Under the pieces are notes generated by a model. The model ran no database searches. It was not told the DNA's origin and was given only the letters and a program-made list of their open reading frames with translations. This document shows positions 1 to 12,662 of a stretch of DNA of 38,337 bases, one piece after another. Source of the DNA: Oleiphilaceae bacterium. GTDB lineage: Bacteria > Pseudomonadota > Gammaproteobacteria > Pseudomonadales > Oleiphilaceae. Every line of letters starts with the position of its first letter. Position 1 is the stretch's first letter. The stretch lies in contig JBFHVM010000001.1 of assembly GCA_041589495.1 (NCBI GenBank), positions 1 to 38,337 of the forward strand, given 5' to 3'. A program made the translations under genes and the position numbers.

Positions 1-899
1 GCGACCTTGCCGGTGAGACCCAGTGGATTCGACGCATGATCGATCGTCATCACGAGGCCGCACAAGCTTCTGGCGCACGTATTGTGCACTGCTGCGGTTT
101 CGATTCTATTCCTTCGGATTTGGGCGTGTTCTTTTTGCAGCAACATGCCAAAGAGATGCATGGCGAATTTGCCCAGCATATTAAAATGCGCCTCAAGTCA
201 GCCAAAGGCGGATTCTCCGGCGGAACTTATGCCAGTATGAATAACGTGATGGCCGAGGCGAATAAAGATCCTGCTATCTACAAGGTGCTGTTCAACCCCT
301 ATGGCTTAAACCCCGAAGGAGAAATGCAGGGCCCCGATAAAGGGGATCTGAAATCGGTGGAATTCGATGAAGATGTAGGCGCCTGGATTATGCCTTTCAT
401 CATGGCTGCGATTAACACCCGCGTGGTGCGTCGCTCGCATGCCTTGCAGGGTTATCCCTACGGCGAAGACTTCCAGTACGACGAAGCCATGATTGCCGGT
501 AAGGGCCTCAGTGGTCGGTTCAAGGGCTTCGCAGGGCTCGCTGCCATGGCAGCCATGATGGCCGGCAGCCCCGATGGTCTATACAAAAAAGTCGTTAACA
601 AGTTCTTCCCCGCGCCCGGCGAAGGCCCGTCCAAAGAAGAACGCGAAGCCGGCTTTTTCAACTTTACCGTAGTGGGCAAGCTTCGTGATGGATCCACGAT
701 AAAAGCACGCGTCACCGGCGATCGTGATCCCGGTTATGGTTCCACCTCCAAAATGCTCGGTGAAGCCGCGGTTTGTCTGGCGAAAGACAAGCGCACCTCG
801 CCTAAGAAGAAGGGGGTGCTCACGCCCGCCAGTGCCATGGGTAAAGCTTTGCTCAAGCGCTTGGAAGACAATGCAGGATTGAGTTTTACGATCGTGTAG
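1..899 (+). CDS. saccharopine dehydrogenase-family (NAD(P)-binding, trans-acting enoyl reductase-like) protein, 5'-truncated by the window edge
   Basis: The reading frame starting at base 3 is open (DLAGETQWIRRMIDRHH...) up to the TAG at 897-899, so the Met at 36 is internal. The IVHCCGFDSIPSDLG block is typical of this family. Confidence 0.7.
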   Translation, partial: DLAGETQWIRRMIDRHHEAAQASGARIVHCCGFDSIPSDLGVFFLQQHAKEMHGEFAQHIKMRLKSAKGGFSGGTYASMNNVMAEANKDPAIYKVLFNPYGLNPEGEMQGPDKGDLKSVEFDEDVGAWIMPFIMAAINTRVVRRSHALQGYPYGEDFQYDEAMIAGKGLSGRFKGFAGLAAMAAMMAGSPDGLYKKVVNKFFPAPGEGPSKEEREAGFFNFTVVGKLRDGSTIKARVTGDRDPGYGSTSKMLGEAAVCLAKDKRTSPKKKGVLTPASAMGKALLKRLEDNAGLSFTIV

Positions 900-924
900 T
901 CGGTGCGTATTTGACGATAGAACG

Positions 925-948
925 CGGCCTCTTTGGGGCCGTTTTTTT
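925..948 (+). terminator. rho-independent terminator of the saccharopine-DH-family gene
   Basis: Stem CGGCC (925-929) / GGCCG (937-941) with a 7-nt loop, followed immediately by T7 (942-948), about 25 nt after the stop codon. Confidence 0.7.
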
Positions 949-949
949 G

Positions 950-991
950 GTCGGATGTGTTGAGTCGGACGCCTGACGTCCGACGCTAAGA
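950..991. repeat. degenerate heptamer array (REP-like) with embedded perfect hairpin
   Basis: Six consecutive 7-mers: gtcggat gtgttga gtcggac gcctgac gtccgac gctaaga. There is an 8-bp hairpin, GTCGGACG (964-971) / CGTCCGAC (977-984), with loop cctga. The same word family recurs at 37203-37472. Confidence 0.6.
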
Positions 992-1190
992 TCGACTTCA
1001 TCCTCGTCACTCGCAGTTTGTTCTGCCAGGTCATGGGCGAGCTGATCGGTGAGCGCATGCCGCAACGAAAAGCTGGTGAGTATTTGCAGTGATGTTGTGC
1101 GAAATTATCATCCGTCGGATGTAATTTACGACAACTATTATTACCATACTGCACCCGGAAACTGGGAGTTGGGTTCAACAAGGAGAGTAT

Positions 1191-2945
1191 GTGGTGATTT
1201 GGGTGGAGAACTTATTGCACCCAGCAAATCGGAGCGCTAAATGCTTCGCAAGCTTGATCAGTGTAAGCTTGTTTCGTCTGTTTCTGTTTATCCTGCCTTT
1301 TTCAATATCCGCATTACATGCAGAGGTATCTGAATCTGCCGTGGCTGAGTGTATGTCTAGCTTCAGTGAAGCGTGTCTTCCCCAACAACTGCTCAAAGAA
1401 GCCGAACAGGGAAAACCGGCGGCTGCCAATGCACTGGCGATGCGCTATCTTGAATTCCAGCAGTTTGAACAGGCTTTTGATTGGTTTTCGGTAGCCGCCG
1501 AAAGTGGGCTGGCGGATGCCCAGTTTAATCTCGCCTTACTCTATGAAACCGGCAGAGGTACCGACCAAAACTTTGCCCGGGCTCTACACTGGTTTCGTCA
1601 GTCTGCCGAGCAGGAGTATGCCCATGCCCAGCACTTTATAGGTCTTATGTTTAAGGCTGGCCAAGGCGAGCGACAGAGTCATGCCGAAGCCTATAAATGG
1701 TTTATCCGTGCCGCTGATCAAGGGGATCGCGATGCCCAATACGAGCTGGGTAAGCTGTACTTGGAAGGTCAAGGAGTGGTCAAAGATCATCAGCAGGCGC
1801 TGCTCTGGTTTGAACTTTCCGCGCGGCAGGGACATACCTCGGCCATGTTTGAAGCTGGCCAGATTTACCAGCTGGTGTTTGGTGATTCGGGAGCTGCGGC
1901 GCAATGGTATGAACTAGCAGCAAAGCAAGGGCACATCGTTGCGCAAAATCTACTGGGCCTCATGTATGCCGATGGTGAAGGCGTGCCAAAGAATTTAAAC
2001 ACAGCCGTAAAGTGGCTCAGCATGTCTGCCGAAAATGGCTATGTATATGCGCAGCAGATGCTCGGTTTATTCTATCTTTCGGGGCATGGCGTAAAAATGA
2101 GTTACAAGAAAGCGATGCACTGGTATCGCAAGGCTGCGGAGCAGGGTGATGCGCAATCGCAATTTGCGATGGCACAGTTTTACGAACAGGGTCTTGGTGT
2201 ACGTAAAAGCATGCGTCAAACCATGGATTGGTATCGCAAAGCGGCGGCCAACGGCAGCCGCGAGGCGCAACAGGAATTAGGACGGCGTTACGAAATCGGT
2301 GATGGTGTTGTGCAGTCTTATATTGAGGCGCGACGCTGGCACCTCTTGGCTGCCTCGCAGGGCAGTGCCGTATCGCAGCATTTCGTTGGCCTATCTTTCA
2401 AACTGGGTTTGGGGGTACAAAAAAATCGACAGCAAGCCATTAACTGGTTTCGAAAAGCGGCTCAACAGGGCGATGTGATTGCACAGCATGATCTGGCGGT
2501 ATTGCTCCTGGAACAGGTGGGCACAGCAGAAAACAAAGAGGCTCTTGAATGGTTGACTAAGGCCGCAGACGGCCAGCATGCCAAAGCGCAATTAAGGCTG
2601 GCTGAGGCCTATGAAAAGGGTACCTTCGTAGCCAAGAATTCAGAGCAGGCGCTGCACTGGTATACTCAGGCCGCGATAGCGGGAGATCAGTCTGCGCAAT
2701 ATCAATTAGGTCTTACCTTTTATGAACAGAGCCGGGCGGGTAGTGGCGCTTCGACTGAGGTAGATGCATTAAACTGGCTGGAGAGAGCGGCTAAGCAGGG
2801 GCACCCCAAAGCTCAGCATTTACTTGCGGTGATTCATGTTGAGCGAATTGAAAAGAGCAAGCTTGAATTGGTGAAATGGCACCATAGGGCATGTGAGAGC
2901 GGTTTGAAGAAAAGTTGTCAAGCGCTGACTGGTGGCTTACAGTAG
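1191..2945 (+). CDS. secreted Sel1-like repeat (SLR/TPR-like) protein, about a dozen repeats
   Basis: GTG start 5 nt after AGGAG (1181-1185). Hydrophobic signal-like N-terminus ending ...SISALHA-EV. Reiterated units of about 36 aa of the type A..WY.KAAEQG.A.AQ..LG..Y..G.GV.. Confidence 0.85.
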   Translation: MVIWVENLLHPANRSAKCFASLISVSLFRLFLFILPFSISALHAEVSESAVAECMSSFSEACLPQQLLKEAEQGKPAAANALAMRYLEFQQFEQAFDWFSVAAESGLADAQFNLALLYETGRGTDQNFARALHWFRQSAEQEYAHAQHFIGLMFKAGQGERQSHAEAYKWFIRAADQGDRDAQYELGKLYLEGQGVVKDHQQALLWFELSARQGHTSAMFEAGQIYQLVFGDSGAAAQWYELAAKQGHIVAQNLLGLMYADGEGVPKNLNTAVKWLSMSAENGYVYAQQMLGLFYLSGHGVKMSYKKAMHWYRKAAEQGDAQSQFAMAQFYEQGLGVRKSMRQTMDWYRKAAANGSREAQQELGRRYEIGDGVVQSYIEARRWHLLAASQGSAVSQHFVGLSFKLGLGVQKNRQQAINWFRKAAQQGDVIAQHDLAVLLLEQVGTAENKEALEWLTKAADGQHAKAQLRLAEAYEKGTFVAKNSEQALHWYTQAAIAGDQSAQYQLGLTFYEQSRAGSGASTEVDALNWLERAAKQGHPKAQHLLAVIHVERIEKSKLELVKWHHRACESGLKKSCQALTGGLQ

Positions 2946-3056
2946 ATTAATGACGCCGGCGCAATAATCAGTAACATAGGTGCTACAAATGGTCACATTA
3001 TTGTTATCTTCATTCGCTAAAGTATTGGCTATACTGCCGCCGTTTAAACGCAGCTG

Positions 3057-3824
3057 TTGATTCCCATGCCCCTACTCCTGCTACTCCTCGCTTTTATACC
3101 CACTGTATTCGCCCAAGACCATGTGCGACTGGCTAGTGGAGAGTGGCTGCCGTATCAGGGAGAAATGTTGCAAGACGATGGTTTCGTCACCCAGATCGTT
3201 AAAGAAGCTTTTGCTTCGGAAGGAGTGTCCATCGGTTTGGTGTACCTGCCATGGAAACGCGGGTATGAAATGACTAAGCGCGGGGACTATGACGGCGCAT
3301 TTATGTGGCGTTATTCGGAGGAGCGTGGTGAACACTTTCTGTTTTCGGAACCCCTGATTGAAAACCAGGCAGTTATGTTTCATCGCAAGGGCATAGACTT
3401 TGAATGGACTAGTGGTGAATCACTGCTCGGTTATGTGATTGGCGGCACTATTGGCTATCACTATGAGTTTAGTGAATATCCTGGGGTAGAGATTGACTGG
3501 GTGGAATCAGATCGGGTAAATCTCAAGAAACTGCTACATGGTCGTGTGGATCTGTTCGCGCTGGACAAACGGGTCGGTTACCACATGTTGCAAAAATACT
3601 TTGCGTTTCATGAAGCCGCACAGATCACCCATACTCCCTGGTATGGAGAACCCATCGCCTATCACCTTCTCATTAGCCGCAAAACTCCCAACGCAAAACA
3701 GTTGCTGAGTCGTTTTGACCAAGGCTTAAGAAAGCTTCGAGAGTCGGGGCGTTACGCGAAAATCATGCGTGCCGCTGATCAGGGGGCGTATTCGACTAGC
3801 TATGCATCGCAGCCTCATCGATAA
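3057..3824 (+). CDS. periplasmic solute-binding protein family 3-like protein (orphan, no transporter partners)
   Basis: Signal peptide MPLLLLLLAFIPTVFA-QD. An alternative ATG at 3066 is plausible. The pattern LASGEWLPY...LPWKRGY...YDGAF is typical of orphan transporter substrate-binding-domain proteins. Confidence 0.65.
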   Translation: MIPMPLLLLLLAFIPTVFAQDHVRLASGEWLPYQGEMLQDDGFVTQIVKEAFASEGVSIGLVYLPWKRGYEMTKRGDYDGAFMWRYSEERGEHFLFSEPLIENQAVMFHRKGIDFEWTSGESLLGYVIGGTIGYHYEFSEYPGVEIDWVESDRVNLKKLLHGRVDLFALDKRVGYHMLQKYFAFHEAAQITHTPWYGEPIAYHLLISRKTPNAKQLLSRFDQGLRKLRESGRYAKIMRAADQGAYSTSYASQPHR

Positions 3825-3851
3825 TGTCTGCAGGCCAAAACTAGTCAAATA

Positions 3852-4643
3852 CTAAACCTGAATGTGTCCTTTAAGGTAGGGGCGTGCCTTACCGCAGATC
3901 AGCACATGATCATCGGCGACCTCGCAGTGCACGTTGCCGCCCCGGGCCGAAGCCTGAAACGCATTCAGAGTGTTTTTTCCTAGACGGCCCGCCCAGAAGG
4001 GCGCAAGGCCGGCATGAATGGAGCCTGTTACGGGGTCTTCTTCCCCGCCATTTGCCGGCCAAAAATACCGAGAAACAAAATCAAAGCGCTTACCGGGTGC
4101 TGTCACGACCACATCGTAAGGTGCCAGTCGCTTGAGCGCCTGCATGTGTGGTGCGATGTTCAGTACGGATTCTTCTTTTTCGTAGATCGCAAAATAGGCT
4201 TGCTCGTTAAGCCATACTTCTTTGGGTGGCACCGAAAGCCCGTCTACAAGCGCAGGAGGCACCTCATGCAACACCTGTGGGGCACGCCTCGGGAAACGCA
4301 TTTGTATAAACCCGTCATCCCGGTGTAACACCTGTAATTCGCCCACGGCTTTAGCGTGAAAACGCATGCTGTTTTGCTCCGGGTGGGCCGTAAAATATAC
4401 ATAGGCCGATGCCAGCGTGGCATGGCCACAAAATTCGATTTCGGTAATGGGTGAGAACCAGCGAATACCAAACACGCCGTGTTCATTGGGCACCACAAAA
4501 GCAGTTTCTGAAAGGTTGTTTTCGGTGGCGATGGCCTGCATCAGGTCGTCTGGCAACCAGTGGTCGCCAAAAATGACTGCGGCAGGGTTGCCTCTGAAAG
4601 GAGTGTCGGTAAAGGCATCGATTATGTGCATTTCAAGCTGCAT
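3852..4643 (-). CDS. PhzF-family isomerase/epimerase-like protein
   Basis: Start moved to the ATG at 4643 (MQLEMHIIDAFTDTPFRGNPAAV), which follows GGAGAAAGG. The ORF-track start at 4712 lacks an RBS. The F.GNPAAV motif and the roughly 260-aa size fit PhzF family proteins. Confidence 0.8.
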   Translation of the reverse strand: MQLEMHIIDAFTDTPFRGNPAAVIFGDHWLPDDLMQAIATENNLSETAFVVPNEHGVFGIRWFSPITEIEFCGHATLASAYVYFTAHPEQNSMRFHAKAVGELQVLHRDDGFIQMRFPRRAPQVLHEVPPALVDGLSVPPKEVWLNEQAYFAIYEKEESVLNIAPHMQALKRLAPYDVVVTAPGKRFDFVSRYFWPANGGEEDPVTGSIHAGLAPFWAGRLGKNTLNAFQASARGGNVHCEVADDHVLICGKARPYLKGHIQV

Positions 4644-4762
4644 GGTCCTTTCTCCCTCATCGTACCGGGTACGGTGTCCAATCGTGGATGGTTTTGATGC
4701 TGCGATCATCACAATCTAGCACTTAGTCCGCAAAGCTGCGATAGCGCCTTCTCGAAAAAGCC

Positions 4763-4805
4763 TGTCGCATTTTGATAAATCATTGTGCTCGGCAGGCACT
4801 ACAAT
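4763..4805 (+). promoter_or_regulatory. candidate ArgR-type operator overlapping an activator-dependent promoter of the AST operon
   Basis: TGTCGC (4763-4768)-N8-AA (4777-4778)-N5, followed by a degenerate second half-site TGTGCT (4784-4789)-N8-AC. The -10-like TACAAT at 4800-4805 lies 38 nt before the astC ATG, and I see no good -35. The TGTCGC-N8-AA-N5 tandem pattern is my recollection of the Pseudomonas ArgR consensus. Confidence 0.35.
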
Positions 4806-4843
4806 ACAAGCCATCGTGCACTAGATGAACAACAGAGGACACC

Positions 4844-6064
4844 ATGACACAGGCTGACATCCCCAATCGCGCATTATTTGATGAAGTAATGGTGCCCAAT
4901 TACGCCCCGGCAGCTATGATCCCGGTGCGGGGGGCTGGTTCACGCGTGTGGGATCAGCAAGGCAAAGAATATATCGACCTGGCGGGCGGAATTGCCGTGA
5001 GCGCGCTGGGTCACTGCCACCCGGCCCTGGTCGAAGCGCTGCATGATCAAGCGCAACGTTTATGGCATGTCAGCAACGTGTTGACTACCGAACCTGCTCT
5101 GCGACTGGCCAAACTACTCGTGGAGCAAACCTTTGCTGACAAGGTGTTTTTTGCCAATTCCGGAGGCGAGGCGAATGAGGCCGCTTTCAAGCTGGTACGT
5201 CGTTATGCCTGGGACCATTACGGCGAGGATAAAAACGAAATCATCTCTTTCTATAACAGCTTCCATGGTCGCACCCTGTTTACCGTCTCGGTAGGCGGTC
5301 AGGAAAAATATACCGAGGGCTTTGGTCCCATTCCCGGAGGGATCAAACATGCAGAATACAACAATATTGAATCCCTTAAGGCTTTGATTTCGGATAAAAC
5401 CTGCGCAGTGGTTCTTGAACCCATTCAGGGAGAAGGAGGCATACAACCTGCGGATCATGAATTCTTGCGTGAGGTGCGAGCGCTCTGTGATCAACATAAG
5501 GCCTTGCTGGTATTTGATGAAATACAAACTGGCGTCGGTCGCACAGGTGCGCTCTACGCTTACATGAATTCAGGTGTGGTGCCCGATATTCTCACAACGG
5601 CGAAAGGTCTTGGTGGTGGTTTTCCCATTGCGGCGATGCTAGCCAAGGATGATGTTGCAGCGAGTCTAAAAGTGGGGACGCATGGCAGCACTTACGGCGG
5701 CAACCCGATGGGGTGTGCTGTGGCCGAAGCCTTACTGCAGCAAGTTTTGCAGCCGGGTGTAATGGATGCGGTAAAGGTGAAAGGCGCACGCTTGCGTGAG
5801 GGCATGCGTGCACTGAACGATAAGCACAAGGTGTTTGCCGAAGTGCGCGGCGAGGGCCTGCTCATAGGCGGGCAAATGGCCCAAGACTATGAGGGACAAG
5901 CCAAGCAGCTCATGACGGCTGCGGCCGATCATGGCTTGATGGTGTTGATTGCCGGGCCCAATGTACTGCGTTTGGCACCATCACTACTGATTGAAGATGC
6001 CGATATTGCAGAAGGATTGAATCGCCTGGAACGTGCCATCGAGCAGTTCTTGTCTTCCCACTAA
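4844..6064 (+). CDS. astC: succinylornithine / acetylornithine aminotransferase (PLP-dependent class III)
   Basis: RBS AGAGGA. Motifs [12 protein letters not shown] and [11 protein letters not shown] (PLP lysine). 406 aa. First gene of the AST cluster. Confidence 0.9.
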   Translation: MTQADIPNRALFDEVMVPNYAPAAMIPVRGAGSRVWDQQGKEYIDLAGGIAVSALGHCHPALVEALHDQAQRLWHVSNVLTTEPALRLAKLLVEQTFADKVFFANSGGEANEAAFKLVRRYAWDHYGEDKNEIISFYNSFHGRTLFTVSVGGQEKYTEGFGPIPGGIKHAEYNNIESLKALISDKTCAVVLEPIQGEGGIQPADHEFLREVRALCDQHKALLVFDEIQTGVGRTGALYAYMNSGVVPDILTTAKGLGGGFPIAAMLAKDDVAASLKVGTHGSTYGGNPMGCAVAEALLQQVLQPGVMDAVKVKGARLREGMRALNDKHKVFAEVRGEGLLIGGQMAQDYEGQAKQLMTAAADHGLMVLIAGPNVLRLAPSLLIEDADIAEGLNRLERAIEQFLSSH

Positions 6065-6093
6065 TTGAGTCAGGAGAACACGAGGAGCATACG

Positions 6094-7107
6094 ATGATTC
6101 TCATTCGTCCTTGCCGTGCCAGCGATCTGGCCGGTATCGAATCTGTGGTTAACCAGAATACTTCGCGTGTATCGAGTCTGCCGCGCGACCGTGACAAACT
6201 CAGCGAGCGCATCGACCATTCACAACGCTCCTTTGATCAGGATCCCGACTTAGAAGGGCAAGAATTTTTTCTGTTTGTGATGGAAGATACCGAGTCGGGC
6301 GAGGTGCTTGGTACAGCAGGCATCAATATGAACCGAGACAAAAGCCGGCCTTTTTATAACTATCGACTCGACGAATTGATTCACTCTTCCCCAAAGCTCG
6401 GGGTACACACCGCAGTTCCGGTCCTCTACCTTACCCATGAGCTGACGGGCAGCACGGTGCTGTCCTCTTTCTCGATTAAGAAAGAAGTCCGCGATAGTGA
6501 CTACTTTGACCTGCTTGCACGCAGTCGCATGTTATTCCTGCGGCAGTTCAAAGAACAATTTGCTAGCCAGGTGGCGGTAGAGATACAGGGCGTGCATGGC
6601 GACAACGATGCTTCGGCGTTCTGGGATAGCCTGGGTCGACATTTCTTCGATATGGACTTTGCCACCGCGGACTATTATTCCGGCATCAAGAGCCGTACTT
6701 TCATTGCCGAAATGATGCCGCAGCACCCCATCTATGTGCCGCTGCTGTCGCAAACTGCACAGGAGGTATTGGGAGAGGCTGACCGCCGTACCGAACGCAC
6801 CTGTGCCTTGCTCTACAAGGAGGGATTTAAAAAGAGCAAGTATGTCGACATTTTCGATGGTGGCCCTACCTTGCTTGCCGATTTGGCGGGATTACGTAGC
6901 GTAAGTCAGGCGCAGGATAAGCAAATCCGCTGCAGCGATGTACATACCGGTTTGCGCTTTCTGGTGGCCAACCATTCCTTTGAGGACTTCCGTTGTTGCA
7001 TTACCCAGATTACAGATGGCATTGGAGATATTCTGCGGCTGGACGCCAGCGTTGCCGACCGACTGCGAGTCCAGGATGGCGATAGCATCAGCTACGTAGC
7101 ACTCTAG
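6094..7107 (+). CDS. aruF: arginine/ornithine N-succinyltransferase, subunit I
   Basis: RBS GAGGAG. N-terminus MILIRPCRASDLAGIE and 337 aa. First of two tandem paralogues, as in Pseudomonas aruFG. Confidence 0.85.
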   Translation: MILIRPCRASDLAGIESVVNQNTSRVSSLPRDRDKLSERIDHSQRSFDQDPDLEGQEFFLFVMEDTESGEVLGTAGINMNRDKSRPFYNYRLDELIHSSPKLGVHTAVPVLYLTHELTGSTVLSSFSIKKEVRDSDYFDLLARSRMLFLRQFKEQFASQVAVEIQGVHGDNDASAFWDSLGRHFFDMDFATADYYSGIKSRTFIAEMMPQHPIYVPLLSQTAQEVLGEADRRTERTCALLYKEGFKKSKYVDIFDGGPTLLADLAGLRSVSQAQDKQIRCSDVHTGLRFLVANHSFEDFRCCITQITDGIGDILRLDASVADRLRVQDGDSISYVAL

Positions 7108-7119
7108 GAGGGCAAGGCC

Positions 7120-9632
<2,513 letters not shown>

Positions 9633-9640
9633 GAGCCCGT

Positions 9641-10990
9641 ATGCCAACAGTCGAAGCCAATTTTGATGGCCTGGTGGGGCCTACGCACAACTATGCGGGT
9701 TTGTCGTACGGTAATATTGCCTCCCAGTCCAATACTAAAGCATCCTCCAATCCCAAGCTGGCGGCCAAGCAGGGGTTAAAAAAAATGAAGGCCCTGGCTG
9801 ATCGCGGCTTTAAACAGGGCATACTTGCGCCGCAACAGCGCCCTGACTTGCGTATACTGCGTGATTTGGGGTTTGGCGGCTCTGATGCGCAAGTTCTCTC
9901 CAGGGCCGCGCGCAAGGCACCGGAGTTGCTGGCGAATGTGTATAGCGCCTCCAGTATGTGGACCGCCAATGCGGCGACGGTATCACCCAGTGCCGATACC
10001 GCCGATGGCCGCGTGCACTTCTCAGTGGCTAACCTCAATGCCAAGTTTCATCGCTCCATTGAGCATCCCACCACCTTGAACATTCTGCGTGCGACCTTTC
10101 CTGCAGATCAACACTTTGCTCATCACGCTGCCTTGCCTGCGGTCGCGCAGTTTGGCGACGAAGGGGCGGCCAATCACAATCGACTTTGCAGGGACTACGG
10201 TAGCCGTGGCGTAGAATTTTTTGTCTATGGGCGTGAGGGCTTGAACGAACAGGCCGCGGCACCCAGCCGTTATCCAGCGCGTCATACCCGCGAAGCCTGT
10301 GAAGCGATAGTGCGACGGCACGGCCTGTCGCAAGATAATGTAGTGCTTGCACAACAGTCGCCGGAGATCATCGATGCCGGCGTATTCCATAACGATGTGA
10401 TTGCAGTGAGTAATCGGAATGTCTTATTCGCACACGAAGCGGCCTTTGTCGATAGCCCGGCAGTCATGGCGGAGTTGCAGGAAAAGCTAGGGGAGACACC
10501 TTTACGTTGTGTAACGGTGCATCATGATCAGGTGAGTGTCGCCGATGCCGTACGTTCCTATTTATTTAACAGTCAGTTGCTGAGTCTGGATGACGATTCC
10601 ATGCTCCTAGTGGTGCCGCAGGAATGCCGCGAAATTGCCAGTGTGTCGGCCTACCTGGATGACCTGCTGGCGAGTAAGGGCCCCATCAGAGCCGTGGAAG
10701 TTTTTGATCTTAAACAAAGTATGCAAAATGGAGGTGGTCCAGCCTGTTTGCGCTTGAGAGTGGTGCTCACTGAGCGAGAGCAGCAGGCTGTGAATTCGGC
10801 AGTGTGGATGAATGAAGAACGCTTTCATCAGTTGAATGAGTGGGTAGACCGACATTATAGAGATAAGCTCACGCAAGCAGACTTGGCCGATCCGCTTTTG
10901 CTCACCGAAAGTCTGACGGCATTGGATGAACTTGCAGGCATATTAAATCTACCGAGTATTTATCCCTTTCAGCAAAGCAGCTCTGGGTAG
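9641..10990 (+). CDS. astB: N-succinylarginine dihydrolase
   Basis: RBS AGGAG. Hallmark N-terminus [24 protein letters not shown]. 449 aa. Confidence 0.9.
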   Translation: MPTVEANFDGLVGPTHNYAGLSYGNIASQSNTKASSNPKLAAKQGLKKMKALADRGFKQGILAPQQRPDLRILRDLGFGGSDAQVLSRAARKAPELLANVYSASSMWTANAATVSPSADTADGRVHFSVANLNAKFHRSIEHPTTLNILRATFPADQHFAHHAALPAVAQFGDEGAANHNRLCRDYGSRGVEFFVYGREGLNEQAAAPSRYPARHTREACEAIVRRHGLSQDNVVLAQQSPEIIDAGVFHNDVIAVSNRNVLFAHEAAFVDSPAVMAELQEKLGETPLRCVTVHHDQVSVADAVRSYLFNSQLLSLDDDSMLLVVPQECREIASVSAYLDDLLASKGPIRAVEVFDLKQSMQNGGGPACLRLRVVLTEREQQAVNSAVWMNEERFHQLNEWVDRHYRDKLTQADLADPLLLTESLTALDELAGILNLPSIYPFQQSSSG

Positions 10991-11192
10991 CAAGTTAATA
11001 GTGTGCGTGAGGCGCAGAATCCCGGAGTATGCGGGTCAATTTGAGGATGACGAGTGGCGAGTTGCCCATTATTGAGCTATTAGATACGGCATAACTCGGG
11101 GTAAACAGATTTGTGTTTGAGTTGGATGGTGGTGCGGATCTGTGCTGGGCAACTGAGTTCCATAGCCTTAAGGGTGGCAGACCAAAGCAGCA

Positions 11193-12662
11193 ATGCAGCG
11201 CGCTTTGGTTGTCCTAATATCTGTAGTCATATTCAACACTTCAGAAGTGAGGTTGCAAATCAAAGGGCATCCATACATTGTCGCTACCGGGACGACATCG
11301 GCATTTTTGGGTGACGAGCGCTTGTTGCGCGAGTTTGTCATTGGTGATCAGGCGCAGCGTGAGCGTATTGCGCATGGTCAAAACGCCATTCTTTACTTGA
11401 TCAATGATAGTTATGACGGCTTGCGTGAGGGGCAGTGTCGCCTGGCTGTGAATAAAGACGAAGGACTGTTGGAAAAATACCGAGAGTTCTTGGGGCGTCC
11501 TATTGCCGAAATCCCAGATCCTTTTGATTGTCACGCTAGTTTTGCCGAACATTTTATCGCAGCCTTACTCAAACGACTGCGTTCTCTCGATATTCATCCG
11601 GTGGTGATGGATAGCTATCGCGGATACAAAAGTGGCGCCTATCAGGCATACGTTGAGCTGGTCTTTAATCGTTACCAGGAAATACAGGCGCACCTGGCCG
11701 CATGTTATCCCCAGTTCAGGCTGCACAACTTGTTTCGGGTGCAGTGTCATTCCTGTCAGAGGATCGATGAAACCGATATCACAGAGGTAACTGAAGATAC
11801 TGTCGCGTTCAGGTGCAAGGCTTGTGGCTTGGAAGGGCCCCAGCCGCGAGCTGAGATCAAAGGTAAATTAAGCTGGAAGCTTGATTGCGCGGCACGCTGG
11901 AATATCTACGGTATTCATGCCGAAGCCTTCTCCAAATCACACTGCAGTGAATTAGGGAGTTACGATATTTCAGGGTTTATCTCCAAAGAATACTTTGAAG
12001 GTAACGTACCTGTGGCACTTCGCTATGGTGAGCTAAAACTCGACAACGAACTATCCTACCGCTTACTGGACATACTGCCACCAACGATGTTCAAGCAACT
12101 ATTACTCGAAAACCCTGAGCGTGACCTGGAACTGACAAAGGCTTCGATAGAGCATTTTTGTCGCCGTACCGAAGTTGTGCCAGGCATGAGTTACGTGGAT
12201 TTTGTTAAACGGGAATTACCGTTGCTGGCCATCAGTGATCGTTTGCCGGGCGAAGCGGCTTTTTTGCACAACAGTCGTTTCGATACGCAGGAACTTTTGT
12301 ATTATGGTAACCGTTTCTCGGGCTACTATTTTCATCAGGAATACGATATTTCACTGGCGGGGGCTGATGCCATTACCACAGTAAGCAGAGATGTAGCTCA
12401 GGCGGCACAAAGCATATTGCATTATACACTCGAGGTGCGACGCAATGAGGACTGGAGCGAAGAGCAAAAGCAGAGTCATTTGGCCGAGTATTTAAAAATC
12501 AGGCAGAGTATCCCCGGGGTGTTTCCGTATTTGCGCAAAATCTTTGGTCAGCAACAGGGGCCGGGCATTGCCTCGTTATTAATTTCACTGCCACTGGACT
12601 ATCTGAACGTGATCCGGATGGCGGTCGGGTTTTACGTTAGCCAGAAGGCTGGCGAAGTGTAA
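11193..12662 (+). CDS. class I lysyl-tRNA synthetase-like protein with degenerate catalytic signatures (putative pseudo-synthetase)
   Basis: Collinear blocks with archaeal-type LysRS-1: FLGRPIAEIPDPFDCHASFAEHF, YKSGAY, a CxxC...CxxC zinc ribbon (CHSC...CKAC), GKLSWKLDCAARWNIYGIHAEAFSKSH and GSYD. The HIGH position reads FLGD, and the KMSKS loop seems absent after RYGELKLDN. The start codon is uncertain. Confidence 0.6.
   Translation: MQRALVVLISVVIFNTSEVRLQIKGHPYIVATGTTSAFLGDERLLREFVIGDQAQRERIAHGQNAILYLINDSYDGLREGQCRLAVNKDEGLLEKYREFLGRPIAEIPDPFDCHASFAEHFIAALLKRLRSLDIHPVVMDSYRGYKSGAYQAYVELVFNRYQEIQAHLAACYPQFRLHNLFRVQCHSCQRIDETDITEVTEDTVAFRCKACGLEGPQPRAEIKGKLSWKLDCAARWNIYGIHAEAFSKSHCSELGSYDISGFISKEYFEGNVPVALRYGELKLDNELSYRLLDILPPTMFKQLLLENPERDLELTKASIEHFCRRTEVVPGMSYVDFVKRELPLLAISDRLPGEAAFLHNSRFDTQELLYYGNRFSGYYFHQEYDISLAGADAITTVSRDVAQAAQSILHYTLEVRRNEDWSEEQKQSHLAEYLKIRQSIPGVFPYLRKIFGQQQGPGIASLLISLPLDYLNVIRMAVGFYVSQKAGEV

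Noticed and set aside
579-1181. Long antisense or overlapping ORFs. Examples are 579-1181(-), 13104-13604(-), 16446-16967(-), 12585-12974(-), 34761-35297(-), 35123-35500(-), 35379-35759(-) and many + strand ORFs inside 22688-24337.
   Set aside because: Each lies opposite or inside a gene with clear family motifs. Their translations are low-complexity or Arg/Ser/Cys-rich, and none has a convincing RBS. I treat them as shadow ORFs. The only unresolved case is 34761-35297(-) versus 34821-35210(+), flagged in the features.
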